A stretch of 64,000 nt of DNA from Squalus acanthias (lineage: Eukaryota), in assembly GCA_030390025.1 (NCBI GenBank), contig CM059425.1:168580001-168644000 (forward strand), given 5' to 3'. A program made the translations under genes and the position numbers. Positions 25,021-37,199 of this stretch are shown one piece after another. The notes below the pieces were generated by a model. The model made no database searches, was not told where the DNA came from, and was given only the letters and a program-made list of their open reading frames with translations. Numbering within the stretch: position 1 is the stretch's first letter; every line of letters starts with the position of its first letter.

Positions 25021-28000
25021 CATAACAGCACAGAAGGAGGCCATTCAGCCCATTGAGTCCGTGCCGGCTCTCTGTAGAGTAATCCAGTCAGTCCCATTCC
25101 CCCGCTCTATCCCCGTAGCCCTGCAAGTTTATTTCCCTCAAGTGCCTATCCAGTCTCCCCTTGAAAACATTGAGTGTCTCCGCTTCCACCACTTCCGTCG
25201 GCAGCGAATTCCAGGTCATCACCACTCGTTGCATAAAAAAGTTTTTCCTCACATCCCCCCTGTATCTCTTGCCCAAAACCTTAAATCTGTGTCCCCTAGT
25301 CCTTGTACCATCAACTAGTGGGAACAGCCTTTCCCCATCTAGCCTATCCAAACCCGTCATAATCTTGTACACCTCTATCAAATCACCCCTCAACCTCCTT
25401 TGCTCTAATGAAAACAAATCCAGCTTCTCCAACCTGTCCTTGTAGCTAAGATCCCCCATCCCCGGAACCATTCTGGTAAATCTCCTCGCACCCTCTCAAG
25501 GGCCTTCACATCCTTCCTCAGTGTGGTGACCAGAACTGGACGCAATACTCCAGTTGTGGCCTAACCAGCGCTTTATAAAGGTTCAGCATAACTTCTCTAC
25601 TTTTGTACTCAATACCTCTATTTATGAAGCCCAAGATCCCATATGCTTTGTTAACCACTCTCTCAATATGTCCTGCCACCTTCAGGGACCTATGCACATT
25701 AACTCCCAGGTCCCTCTGTCCCTGCAAACTCTTTAAAACTGTGCCATTAAATGTATATTGCCTCTCCCTGTTCCTTCTGCCAAAATGCATCACCTCACAC
25801 TTCTCTGTATTAAATTCCATCTGCCACTTGTCTGCCCATTCTGCTAGCCTTTCTGTGTCCTGTTGCAGTCGATTGATATCATCATCATTGTTTGCCACAC
25901 CCCCAAGTTTGGTGTCATCGGCAAATTTAGAAATTCTATTGTATTCCAATATCCAGGTCATTTATCAAAAAAAGCAGTGGCCCCAGCACTGACCCTTGGG
26001 GAACACCACTGTCTACCATCCTCCAGTCTGAAAAACAGCCATTTACCACAACTCGCTGTTTTCTGTCCTTAAGCCAATTCCTTATCCAAGCTGTCACTGA
26101 CCCACCTATTCCATGAGCCTCAATTTTGTTAACCAGCCTTCTATGTGGCACTTTGTCAAACGCCTTCCAAAAATCCATGTAGACAACATCCATTGCAGTT
26201 CCTACATCAATCCTCTCTGTTACTTCATCAAAAAATTCAATTAGATTAGTCAAACACGATCTTCCTTTTACAAACCCGTGTTGGCTCTCCTTAATTAGCT
26301 TAAACCTCTCCAAATGCCTGTTAATTTTTTCCTTGATTATTGTTTCTAAAACTTTACCCACCACTGATGTTAAACTGACCGGCCTGTAGTTACTAGGATT
26401 GTCCTTGCACCCTTTCTTGAACATTGGTGTCACATTTGCCACTTTCCAATTCTCAGGCACCTTCCCCGCATCTAGGGAAGATTGGAAAATTATGGCAAAC
26501 CCTTCCGTTATCTCCTCCCCCAATTCCCGAAGCCATCTGGACCAGGCGACTTGTCCACTCTAAGCATACCCAGCCTTTCTAGTACATCCTGTCTATCAGT
26601 TTTCACCCCTTCCAGTGCTTCTACCTTTTCCACTTCCAGTGATATTTTGTTAGCATCCACCTCCTTAGTAAACACCGATACAAAGTACTCATTGAGTATT
26701 CTAGCCTTGCCCTGCGCCTCTAAGCATATATCACCTTTTTTGTCCCTAATAGGCCCCACCCAGCCTCTTACTACTCGCTTACTGTTTACATGCCGGGAAG
26801 ATTTTTGGGTTCCCTTTTATGTTAACCACCATTCTACTCTCTCATTCTCTCTTTGCCAATCTTATTTTCATCTTCATATCCCCTCTCAACTTATTGTATT
26901 TGGCCTGGTTCTCCCTTGAAGAATTCACCTGACATGCATCATACACCTTTTTTTGTTTATCATCTTCTCTATCTCCCTCGTCATCCAAGGAGCCCTTGCT
27001 TTGGTTCCCTTACCCTTCCCTCTTGTTGGAATGTACCTAGCCTGCACTTGGAACATCTCCTCCTTAAAGATCACCCATTGTTCTGTTACAGTTTTTCCTG
27101 TCAGTCTTGGGTTCCATTTTACCCTGGCTAGATCCTTTCGCATCCCATTGAAGTTAGCCCTATTCCAGTTTAGAAGTTCCACTCTAGATTGTTCCTTGCT
27201 CCTCTCCATTGCTAATCTAAATCTTATGATACGATGATCACTCATACCCAAGTGTTCTCCCACAGACACTTGGTCGACCTGGCCCACCTCATTCCCCAGC
27301 ACCAGATCCAGCAATGCCTCCTTCCTAGTTGGGCCAAGAACATTTTGGTCAAGGAAATTCTCCTGAACACATTTCAGAAATACCTCCTCCTCCTTTCCTT
27401 TTACCCTAGCATTATCCCAATCGATATTTGAGTAATTAAAGTCCCCCGATATCACCACTCTATAGCTCTTGCATATCTCTGCGATTTCCCTGCAGATTTG
27501 CTCCCCCACCTCCCTCTCACTATTTGGAGGCCTATAGAATACCCCCAATAGTGTGATCATACCCTTTTTGCTCCTCAACTCTAACCAAATGGATTCTGTC
27601 CTTGCTCCCTCACGAACATCCTCCCTTTCCAACACTACAATGTCTTCCTTAATCAGCACTGCCACCCCACCTCCCTTTTTTCCTTCCCTATCTTTTCTGA
27701 ACCCTTGAATATTAAGTGCCCAGTCCTCACCGTTTTTAAGCCACGTTTCCGTTATTGCCACAACATCAAATTGTCACACAACTAATTGTGCTTGTAGCTC
27801 ACCAACCTTATTCACCACACTTTGTGCGTTTACGTACATGCATTCTAAACCCATTTTTGAATTTTTCGTAGTCTCTTCGTCTGCTCCTATCTAATATGGT
27901 ACTACTACTACCTCTAGTACGATCTTCTCTAGTACTATCCAACACACTCACTTTTGTGCACCTTACTCCTCTTTTCCATTCCTATATGCTGGTGCCCTCC

Positions 28001-29390
28001 TCAGGGCTGGGAAAATCACAGTCCTTGTTTCTCCTTTCTAATATTATATCCTGGTGCCCATCCCCCTGTCAAGTTAGTTTAAACCCTCCCCAACAGCACT
28101 AACAAACCTCCCTGCAGGAATATTGGTCCTGCCTCTGTTGAGGTGTAACCTGTCTGGCTTGTACAGGTCCCACATTCCCCAGAAATGGTCCTAATGCCTC
28201 AGGAATCTAAAGCCCTCCCTCCTGCACCATCTTTCCAGCCACACATTCATCTGTTCTATCCTCCTATTCCTGTACTCACTAGCACGTGGCACCGGGAGTA
28301 ATCTGGAGATTACTACCTTTGAGGTTCTGCTTTTTAATCTCTCTCCTAGCTCCCTAAACTCTGCCTGCAGGACCTCATCCCTCTTTCTGCCTATGTCGTT
28401 GGTACCGATATGGACAATGACCTCTGGCTGTTCACCCTCTTCCCCCCCTCCCCACCCCCCCCCCCCCCCCCCCCAAGAGTGTCCTGCAGCCGTTCAGTGA
28501 TGTCCTTGACCCTGGCACCAGGGAAGGCAACATACCATCCTGGAACCATGTCTACGGCTGCAGAAACGCCGATCTGCTCCCCTAACTATCGAATCCTCTA
28601 CCACTATTGCTCTTCCACTCTTTTTCCTCCCTCACCCCGAATGCAGCTGAGCCACTCGTGGTGCCGTGGACTTGACTCTTGCTGCACTCCCCAGAGGAAC
28701 CATTGCCCTCGCCAGTACTCAGAACAGAATACTGGTTGGAGAGTGCGATGCCCTCTGGTGACTCTTGCACTACCTGCCTGGTCCTCCTCTTCTGTCTGGC
28801 GGTCACCCATTTCCTTTCTGCCTGCATACTCTTAAGCTGCGTGGTGACCACCTCTAGAAACGTGCTATCCACGTAACTCTCAGCCTCGCGGATGCACCAC
28901 AGTGACTCCAGCCGCCGCTTAAGCTCTGAAACTCGGAGCTCGAGTTGCTGTAGCTGGCGACACTTCACGCACATGTGGTCGTCCAGGCTACACGAAGCGT
29001 CCAGGACTTCCCACATGGCACAGGATGTGCACTCCATGGGACTGAGCTGCCCTGCCATGCCTCTATTTAATAGACTAAGAACTAACCCAGCAGAAATAAA
29101 CTTAAAACTTAACAAAAAACACTCCCCAGCTAACAAAAAACACTCCCAGCTACTCACCAATCAGCTCTTTCCCTCTATTTAATAGGCTATTAACTAACTT
29201 AGCAGAAATAAACTTATAAACTTAAAAAAATACACTCACCAGCTACTCACCAATCAGCTCCTTCCCTTGTGCCGATGTTACTTTTTTTACTCTGATACTT
29301 TTTCAAAAACTGCCTCTTGTTGAGTTGCTGCCGCTCCTTTTAACTGCTCCACTCACGCTGTGCTCCTTCCAGGTCCACTCTTCCGGTCTC
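25021..29390 (-). mobile_element. Near full-length CR1 LINE (ORF1 zinc finger/coiled coil/SGNH esterase; ORF2 APE endonuclease-RT), frameshifted
   Basis: ORF1 CTSCAMW..CVKC..LELRVSEL (28582-29160); endonuclease AITETWL, GVFYRPP, GDFN, SDH (26925-27761); RT motifs at 25088-26523; 5' UTR to ~29390. Confidence 0.95.
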
Positions 29391-29599
29391 ATTTACAGTG
29401 TACATATAATGGTCTCTCTTATTGTAAGCATCTTAATTGAAGACTTCTTTTTCAGTGGTTGATTTTGTTGTGGAATGATAGATGCTGAGCACCTAACATT
29501 GTGCTTAGTACATTAAAACAGCACATAATTGTACAAGACATTGGCCTGATTTGGTTTAGTGTAGTCTTAAAATATAATGGACCATTATTTGCTTTAGGA

Positions 29600-30197
29600 G
29601 TGAATTTAATGGTGTCTGCTGTTTGTTAGTCTTGCCCTTGCACGTTTAGGTTTTTAAATTTTTTGCGTGGCAAGTTGCCGAAAGTGCGAGCTGATAATGT
29701 CGCAGCGAGGGAAATGGCATCTGGAACCTGAATGAACAGCGCAAGCAGCTATGTATCTCCTTAACCAATCAGAATGAAGGAGTAGGAACATAGGATTGTG
29801 AAATTAACAGCGCAAGGACCGAGAAGGAAGTGTAAATTAGAGTAGGTGAATTCAATGCCAAATCAGGTACAGAAAGAGAAATAGTTAATTTTCAGTGCCA
29901 GAGAGGTTGTTTGGCAGTAATTGATACTTATCACAAGTGGACAAGACTTAACTTGCTATGGCAAGTTTAGTTCATATCTACCGTGCAAATACAGCAAATT
30001 CACTCCATTCAATGTATTTCAATAGCGAGGCAGACAGCGAAATAACATTTGCACGAAGCTGACGGTAGAGCGGCACATTTCAGACAGCAACTTTGGGATT
30101 TCTGTGTGGCCCTCGCCTGAAGTTACCGTAGCATTTGTGTATAAATAACAGCGACGCCATTGGCCTCGCCATTATTTTGACAGTAAATTATGGCCCT
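29600..30197. mobile_element. Non-coding interspersed repeat, copy 2 (inverse of 460-1128)
   Basis: Reverse-complement similarity to 460-1128; ends aaattatggccc. Confidence 0.6.
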
Positions 30198-30409
30198 ATA
30201 TCTGAACCAATACAAAACAGCTTGCTGGAAATGTAAAGTTTTGTGTTTACCAATACTTTGGCAAGCAATAGTTTGTTTAGCTGAGATCCAAAATGTAAAG
30301 ATATGAAAAGAAAATGATTCAGAAATGGATCTGAAGGTTCAAGTATTTATTTTTGCATGTGAAAAAATAGGTTATATCATTAGTAAAGATAAAAAGAAAC
30401 GGTGTAGTG

Positions 30410-30600
30410 CAGAAAAACTGAAATCAAAACAAAGCGCTGGAAATGCACAGCAGGCTGATCGGCATCTAAAGGGAAAGATAGATCAATGTTTCAAATTAGC
30501 ACTTGCTGCATTTGTGTCAAAAAATAGAAAATGCTGGAAATACTCAGCAGATCAAGCAGCACCTGTGGAGACTATAGGTGAATATGGACATTTTGTCAAA
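30410..30600. mobile_element. Two short Penelope pLTR-like remnants
   Basis: gaaaatgctggaaatactcagcagatcaagcagcacctgtggaga matches 20881-20925. Confidence 0.6.
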
Positions 30601-30997
30601 ACTGAAGCTGCATGATTAGTTGAGGTAAATCCTAAATCAGATGTTCAAAAAGTTCCTGAGATTAGGAAGTCATTTTGCTGAAAAATTGTTGGTATAGGCT
30701 CACGCCTTACTGCTCTTTAGCATAGTGTCATACTGTCAGTCCTTTCAGCTTCCTCTGCATTTTTGGTAATGGGCAGAACTTTGCTGCTAACCAGGGAATA
30801 TCTCCAACCGATATTGCTTATTTGGAACCATTTTGTTATATGTTGTACAAAATAACTGCTCTTTGGACACTGTTCAGTATTCTCAAGAAAAGAAAAGCAA
30901 GTGAGTATCAAATAACCTCACATTAGATGAAAAAAACTTCACTGAAATTTAATCAAAAAGGAGACCTCCGTTTTGTGCCCTGATACTGCTGGAGTAA

Positions 30998-33900
30998 CAT
31001 AGAAAAAAAAAACATAGAAAAATAGGAGCAGGAATAGGCCCTTCGAGCCTGTTCTGCCATTCAATATGATCATGGCTGATCCTCTATCTCAATACCATAT
31101 TCCTGCTCTCTCCCCATACCCCTTGATGCCTTTTGTGTCCAGAAATCTATCTATCGCCTCCTTAAATATATTCAGTGACTTGGCCTCCACAGCCTTCTGT
31201 GGTAGAGAATTCCACAGGTTCACCACCCTCTGAGTGAAGAAATTTCTCCTCATCTTAGTCCTAAATGTCCTACCCCATATCCTGAGACTGTGACCCCTCG
31301 TTCTAGACCCCCCCCCCCCCAGCCAGGGGACACATCCTCCCTGCATCCAGTCTGTCTAGCCCTGTCAGAATTTTATACGTTTCAATGAGATCCCCTCTCA
31401 TTCTTCTAAACTCTAGTGAATACAGGCCTAGTCGACCCGATCTCTCCTCATACGACAGTCCTGCCATCCCAGGAATCAGTCTGGTGAACCTTTGCTGCAC
31501 TCCCTCTATGGCAAGTATATCCTTTCTTAGGTAAGGAGACCAAAACTGCACACAGTACTCCAGGTGTGGTCTCACCAAGGCCCTGTATAACACTAGTAAG
31601 ACATCCTTGCTCCTGTACTCAAATCCTCTTGCAATGAAGGCCAACGTACCATTTGCCTTCCTAACTGCTTGCTGCACCTGCATATTTGCTTTCAGTGACT
31701 GGTGTGCAAGGACACCCAGGTCCCTTTGTACATCAACATTTCCCAATCTATCACCATTTAAATAATACTCTGCCTTTCTGTTTTTCCTACGAAGTGGATA
31801 ACTTCACATTTAGCCACGTTATACTGCATCTGCCATGTATTTGCCCACTCACTCAACTTGTCTAAATCGCCTTGAAGCCTCTTTGCATCCTCCTCACAAC
31901 TCACAATCCCACCTAGTTTCCTGTCATCAGCAAACTTGGAAATATTACATTTGGTTCCTTCATCCAAATCATTGATATATATTGTGAATAGCTGGGGCCC
32001 AAGCACCGATCCCTGCGGTACCCCACTAGTCACCGCCTGCCACCCCGAAAAAGACCCATTTATTCCTACTCTCTGTTTCCTGTCTGTTAACCAATTTTCA
32101 ATCCATGCCAGTATATTACCCCCAATCCCATGTGCTTTAATTTTGCACACTAACCTCTTATGTGGGACTTTATCAAAGGCCTTCTGAAAATCCAAATACA
32201 CCACATCCACTGGTTTTCCCTTATCTATTCTACCAGTTACATCCTCAAAAAACTCCAGTAGGTTTGTCAAACACGATTTCCCTTTCATAAATCCATGTTG
32301 ACTTTGTCTAATCCGTTGATATTTTCTAAGTGTCCTGTTATCACATCCTTTCTAATAGACTCTAGCATTTTCCCTACTACTGATGTTAGGCTAACTGGTC
32401 TGTAGTTCCCTGTTTTCTCTTTCCCTCCTTTTTTAAATAGTGGGGTTACATTTGCCACCCTCAAATCTGCAGGAACTGTTCCATAATCTATAGAATTTTG
32501 GAAGATGACAACCAGTGTATCCACTTTTTCCATGGCTACCTCTTTTAGTACTCTGGGATGCAGATTATCAGGCCCTGGGGATTTATCGGCTGTCAGTCCC
32601 ATTAATTTCTCCAGCACTTTTTTTACTAATACTAATTTCCTTTAATTCCTCTTTCTCACTAGACCCTTGGTTCCCCAGCATTTCTGGGAAAGTTATTTGT
32701 GTCCTCTTCTGTGAAGACAGAACCAAAGTATTTGTTTAATTGCTCTGCTATTTCCTTGTTCCCCATTATAAATTCTCCTGTTTCTGACTGTAAGGGACCT
32801 ACATTTGTCTTCACTAATCTTTTTCATTTTTACATACTTGTAGAAGCTTTTACAGTCCGCTTTTATGTTCCTTGCAAGTTTACACTCGTACTCTATTTTT
32901 CCCCTCTTAATCAATCTCTTGGTCCTTTTTTGCTGAATTCTAAACTGCTCCCAATCCTCAGGCTTGCTACTTTTTCTGGCAACTTTATATGACTCCTCTC
33001 TGGATCTAATACTATCCTTAATTTCTTTTGTTAGCCATGGTTGGGCCGCTTTTCCTTTTGTGTTTTTGCACCAGAAAGGAATGTATAACTGTTGCAATTC
33101 ATGCATTCGTTCTTTAAATGTTAGCCATTACCTATCCACCATCATGCCTTTTAATGAAGCTCCCCAATCTATCATAGCCAACTCACTCCTCATACCTTCG
33201 AAGTTTCCTTTGTTTAGATTTAGGACCCTAGTTTCGGATTGGACTTCTTCACTTTCCATCTTAATGAAGAATTCTAACATGTTATGGTCACTCTTCCCTA
33301 AAGGACCCCGCACAACAAGATTATTAATTAACCCCCTCTCCTTGCACAATACCCAATCTAGGATGGCCTGTTCCCTAGTTGGCTCCTCAATGTACTGGTC
33401 TAAAAAACCATCTCGTACACACTCCAGGAATTCATCCTCCACAGTATTATTGCTAATTTGGTTTGGCCAGTCCATATGTAGATTTAAGGCACCCATGATT
33501 ACTGTAGTACCCTTGTTACATGCATCTCTAATTTCCTGTTTGATGCCATCCCCCACATTACCACTACTGTTTGGAGGCCTATAGACAACTCTCACCAATG
33601 TTTTCTGCCCCTTGATGCTTCTTAGCTCTACCCAGACTGATTCTACATCTTGATTTTCTGAGCCAATATCCTTTCTCACTGTTGCTCTGATTTCATCCTT
33701 TACTAACAACGCCACTCCACCTCATTTTCCTTTTTGACTGTCCTTCCTAAATATCGAATATCCTTGGATATTCAGCTCCCAGCCTTGGTCATCCTGCAGC
33801 CATGTCTCCGTAATCGCAATTATATCGTATCCGTTTACATCTATTTGCGCTGTTAATTCGTCCATCTTATTACGACTGCTTCGTGCAGTCAGATACAGTG

Positions 33901-35058
33901 CCTTTAGATTTGTCTTTTTAACATTTTTAGACATCTTAAAATTTTTTTGTACTATGGCCCTATTTGTCGTCTTACCATTTTTTCTTACCCGGACCCTATT
34001 TGTTAGTGCACTCCTTTGTTTGTACGCTCTGTCCCTTCCTGACACAATCTGGTTATCCTTACCCCAATCACTTTCCTGCACTGCTTCCTTGTCTTTTCTC
34101 TTTAGGATTCTAGATTTCTCTCTACCGGGACCCCCCTACCCCCTCAGCAGAACCGCTTTCTTTGTCCTACCTCTGTCGTTGGTACCTACGTGGACCACGA
34201 CAACTGGATCCTCCCCCTCCCACTCCAAGTTCTTTTCCAGCCCTGAGGAGATGTCCTTTACCCTGGCACCGGGTAGGCAACTTAGCCTTCGGGACTCACG
34301 CTCCTGGCTGCAGAGAACAGTGTTTATATCCCTAACTATACTGGCGCCTACTACAACCACCTTCCTTTTTACACCCCCCACTTGAACGGCTTCCTGTACC
34401 ACGGTGCCGTGGTCAGTTTGCTCGTCCTCCCCGCAGTCCCCGCACTTGTCCACAAGGGTTGCAAGAACCTCGAATCTATTGGACAAGTGCAGGGACTGAG
34501 GCTCCTGCAATACTACCTCTGGATCCCTGTACCTGCCTTACTCGCAGTCACACCCTCCTGTCGCTGACCACGTGTCAATTCTGAAGTATTTAATCTAAGG
34601 GGTGTGGCTGCCTCCTGGAGCAAAAGGTCCAGGTAACTTTCTCCCTCCCTGATGTCTGCAGCTCGAACTCCAGCTCCTCAACTCGGAGCCGAAGTTCCTC
34701 GAGCTGCAGACACTTACCGCAGATGTCCTCACCCTGGACAAAAATGTCCACAAGCTCCCACGTATTGCAGCAGCAACACATCTCCTGTTCGCCCATTATT
34801 TTATTTATTTAATTCATTAGTTTAGTGTTAATCAAATTATTTACCTCGTTTAGTTTATTAAATTAATTAAATTAAGTTTAGTTTTTAAAATGTAGTTACA
34901 TGTTAACTTAAAACTTAGCCCACAGTCACTACCAATCACTTACCTGCCTTACCTGTGACGTCACACTGCCGTTTTCTCTGTTGATGCAGGTCTGCTGCTG
35001 CTTTTATCCCCGCTCTCGGGCCTCGGTCTGCTCCCGCTCAGGCTCCGCCGCCGCTCTT
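30998..35058 (-). mobile_element. Near full-length CR1 LINE with SGNH-esterase ORF1, frameshifted
   Basis: ORF1 VVVVGASIVR..CLPGARVKDI..VVVHVGTND (34136-34510) and CCCCNTWE..CGKC (34590-34796); endonuclease 33128-34081; RT 31089-32617; tail acatagaaa. Confidence 0.95.
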
Positions 35059-35099
35059 AGTGGTGTCCTCCCTATAAAATAGCGATAAGACTGAGTTTC

Positions 35100-36900
35100 A
35101 CTTGCCTCACCCTACCGATTATCAACCTAACCAAGATAGTACATTTACTCTTAAAATCTATCTTGCTATTCCTTAGCCCATCTGCTTAATTGTTCATGTC
35201 CCTTATATTTGTCACTTGGCTACAATTCTAAGTATTACCAATATATATTGTAACATTACAAGTTTTCTTTCCTCCAAACTATTTATTAAATACATGTGAA
35301 CAGAAGGGGGATTGAGAATAGATTTCTGCGTGACTCCACTAGCCTATGCTACCCTGTACAGAGCTTTCTCTGTTGATGGCAATCTTTTGCAGCCAACCTA
35401 GTTTTCAATCTAGTTAGTTAACTTGCCATAATAAGCAAGAATAATAAGTTCTTATTTCTAATAAGTTCCATAATAAGCTTAATCTTTAAGTCTCATATCA
35501 AATGCCGCCTTAAAATCCAAGTAAATTATATGTACTAGGTAGCCTTTGTTCAGTAATTTAGGTACATCCTCAAATAATTCCAGCAGTTTAATGAGACGTG
35601 GCTTATTGTTTCTAAACCCATGCTGACAACTCCCTACGGTCTCTGTTGTTTAGATGAGTGAGTACTAATAGCATCCTTATTAGTACTCTCAAACAATTTC
35701 CCCATTGCAGATGTTAGGCTAATTGGTCTATAATTTCAAGGTTTATCTCTGCTTTTATGAATATTGGGACAAGATTTGCTCTTCAGCCCTCAAGTGCTGC
35801 TTCTCTGTTTATGGAACTCTTTATATAAAAAAAAAAATTGTTAACCAGAGTCTTGCCTATTTCTCTCTTACCCTAAGTATTTTGAGCTGCATTCTATCTG
35901 ACTCGATGCCTTGGAGGCATTCCATTCTTTGAGTTTTCTCATAACTCATGCTTTACTTGCGTGTACTTATGTTAGAAATTCTTAGTCATTTCTGAAGATG
36001 GATGTGAAAAATTGGCATAACATTTTTAGGATTTCATATCTGTGCTGAGATTTTCCTGGTGTTCTATATCCATGTGTATCGTGTATTAATAATGCCTTGA
36101 GCATGAATAATTTCCTTTTTCTGCTTGGATATGTTTCTGTTTTTATATTGACTTTGGGCTAATAACTCTTGATTTTAATGTTTTTCTACTTTAGAGTTCT
36201 TAGTGCTTCAAAAATATCAATGTTCAAACTCGGAGAATATTGTAAAAATACAGCCATGAAATCTAACTCTTCATTCTTAAAATGATTTTTAACAATCTGG
36301 ATTATCTTTCTAATTTTAAATTCCCTTTATTCCAATTTGATGAACAGTAAACATTGGTTGTTTATGGACCAATTTCTTAGTAAACCTCACTGTTTGTTTT
36401 CCATAAGGTGAAAAGTTGAATCACCTGCTTCCAAATGGAGGCTTTCAGCAGATTCAGAATACACCATATTCTGTTACTACTGTTATTTGGCCAGTAGATT
36501 TTGTCCAGTTAGATGTCGTGCCACTAAGAGTGGAAGTCTTTATAGCGGCTGTCATTTAAGAACGTAAGAACGTAAGGAGTAGGCCACACAGCCCTTCGAG
36601 CCTGCTCCGCCATTCAATAAGGTCAAGGCTGATCTTGGACCTCAACTCCACTTTCCCGCCTGATCCCCATATCCCTTGATTCCCCTAGAGTCCATTCCAT
36701 GGCTAAAATCCACGAGGTGGCTACATTGCCCTCTGCACAGCGGCTTCTTGAGGAATTACAGCTGTTCACTTCGTAAAATGACCACGTTTAACTTGTTATT
36801 CATTGTTCATTAGTTCCAACAAAGCCGAACTCCATACCAAATAACTTTTCTCTACCCAAATATTGTATGTAGGACCTATATTGTAGGAGATCAGAATATC
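35100..36900 (-). mobile_element. Ancient, heavily decayed CR1 (with a small younger CR1 3' tail at ~36558-36695)
   Basis: Minus strand IYLDFKAAFD (~35500-35530) and QHGFRN (~35605-35625); tail aagaacgtaagaacgtaaggagtaggcc. Confidence 0.65.
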
Positions 36901-37199
36901 AGCTGCTCACGTTATTACCCTCTTTTTCGGAAACAAATGGGCAGCTGTTATTTCAATACTGAGCTACTGTTTTTACTGTGGTTTTTATAGGCTCAGTGGT
37001 AATAGTGTTGGAGTTTTACAAGCAGGCAAATGCTGAATTTTTAAATTTGGATTAATAAGCAGATAGTGTCTATGTATATGCATTTTGGCTGCCACTCTGG
37101 AGCAAAGTCCATTTTACCTATCTCCCTTTTAATTTATCTTGGCCCATCTTGGTCTTTCTCTCCTGTCTTTTCCATTCCTGTCACCCATTCATGCCGTCT

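Noticed and set aside
25015..29401. 6-bp TSD CAGTGT around the CR1
   Set aside because: Short match beside a truncated tail with an uncertain 5' end; could be chance.
36408..36560. Plus-strand coding exon after ttttccataag
   Set aside because: No good donor site, and it lies within an ancient minus-strand CR1 remnant.
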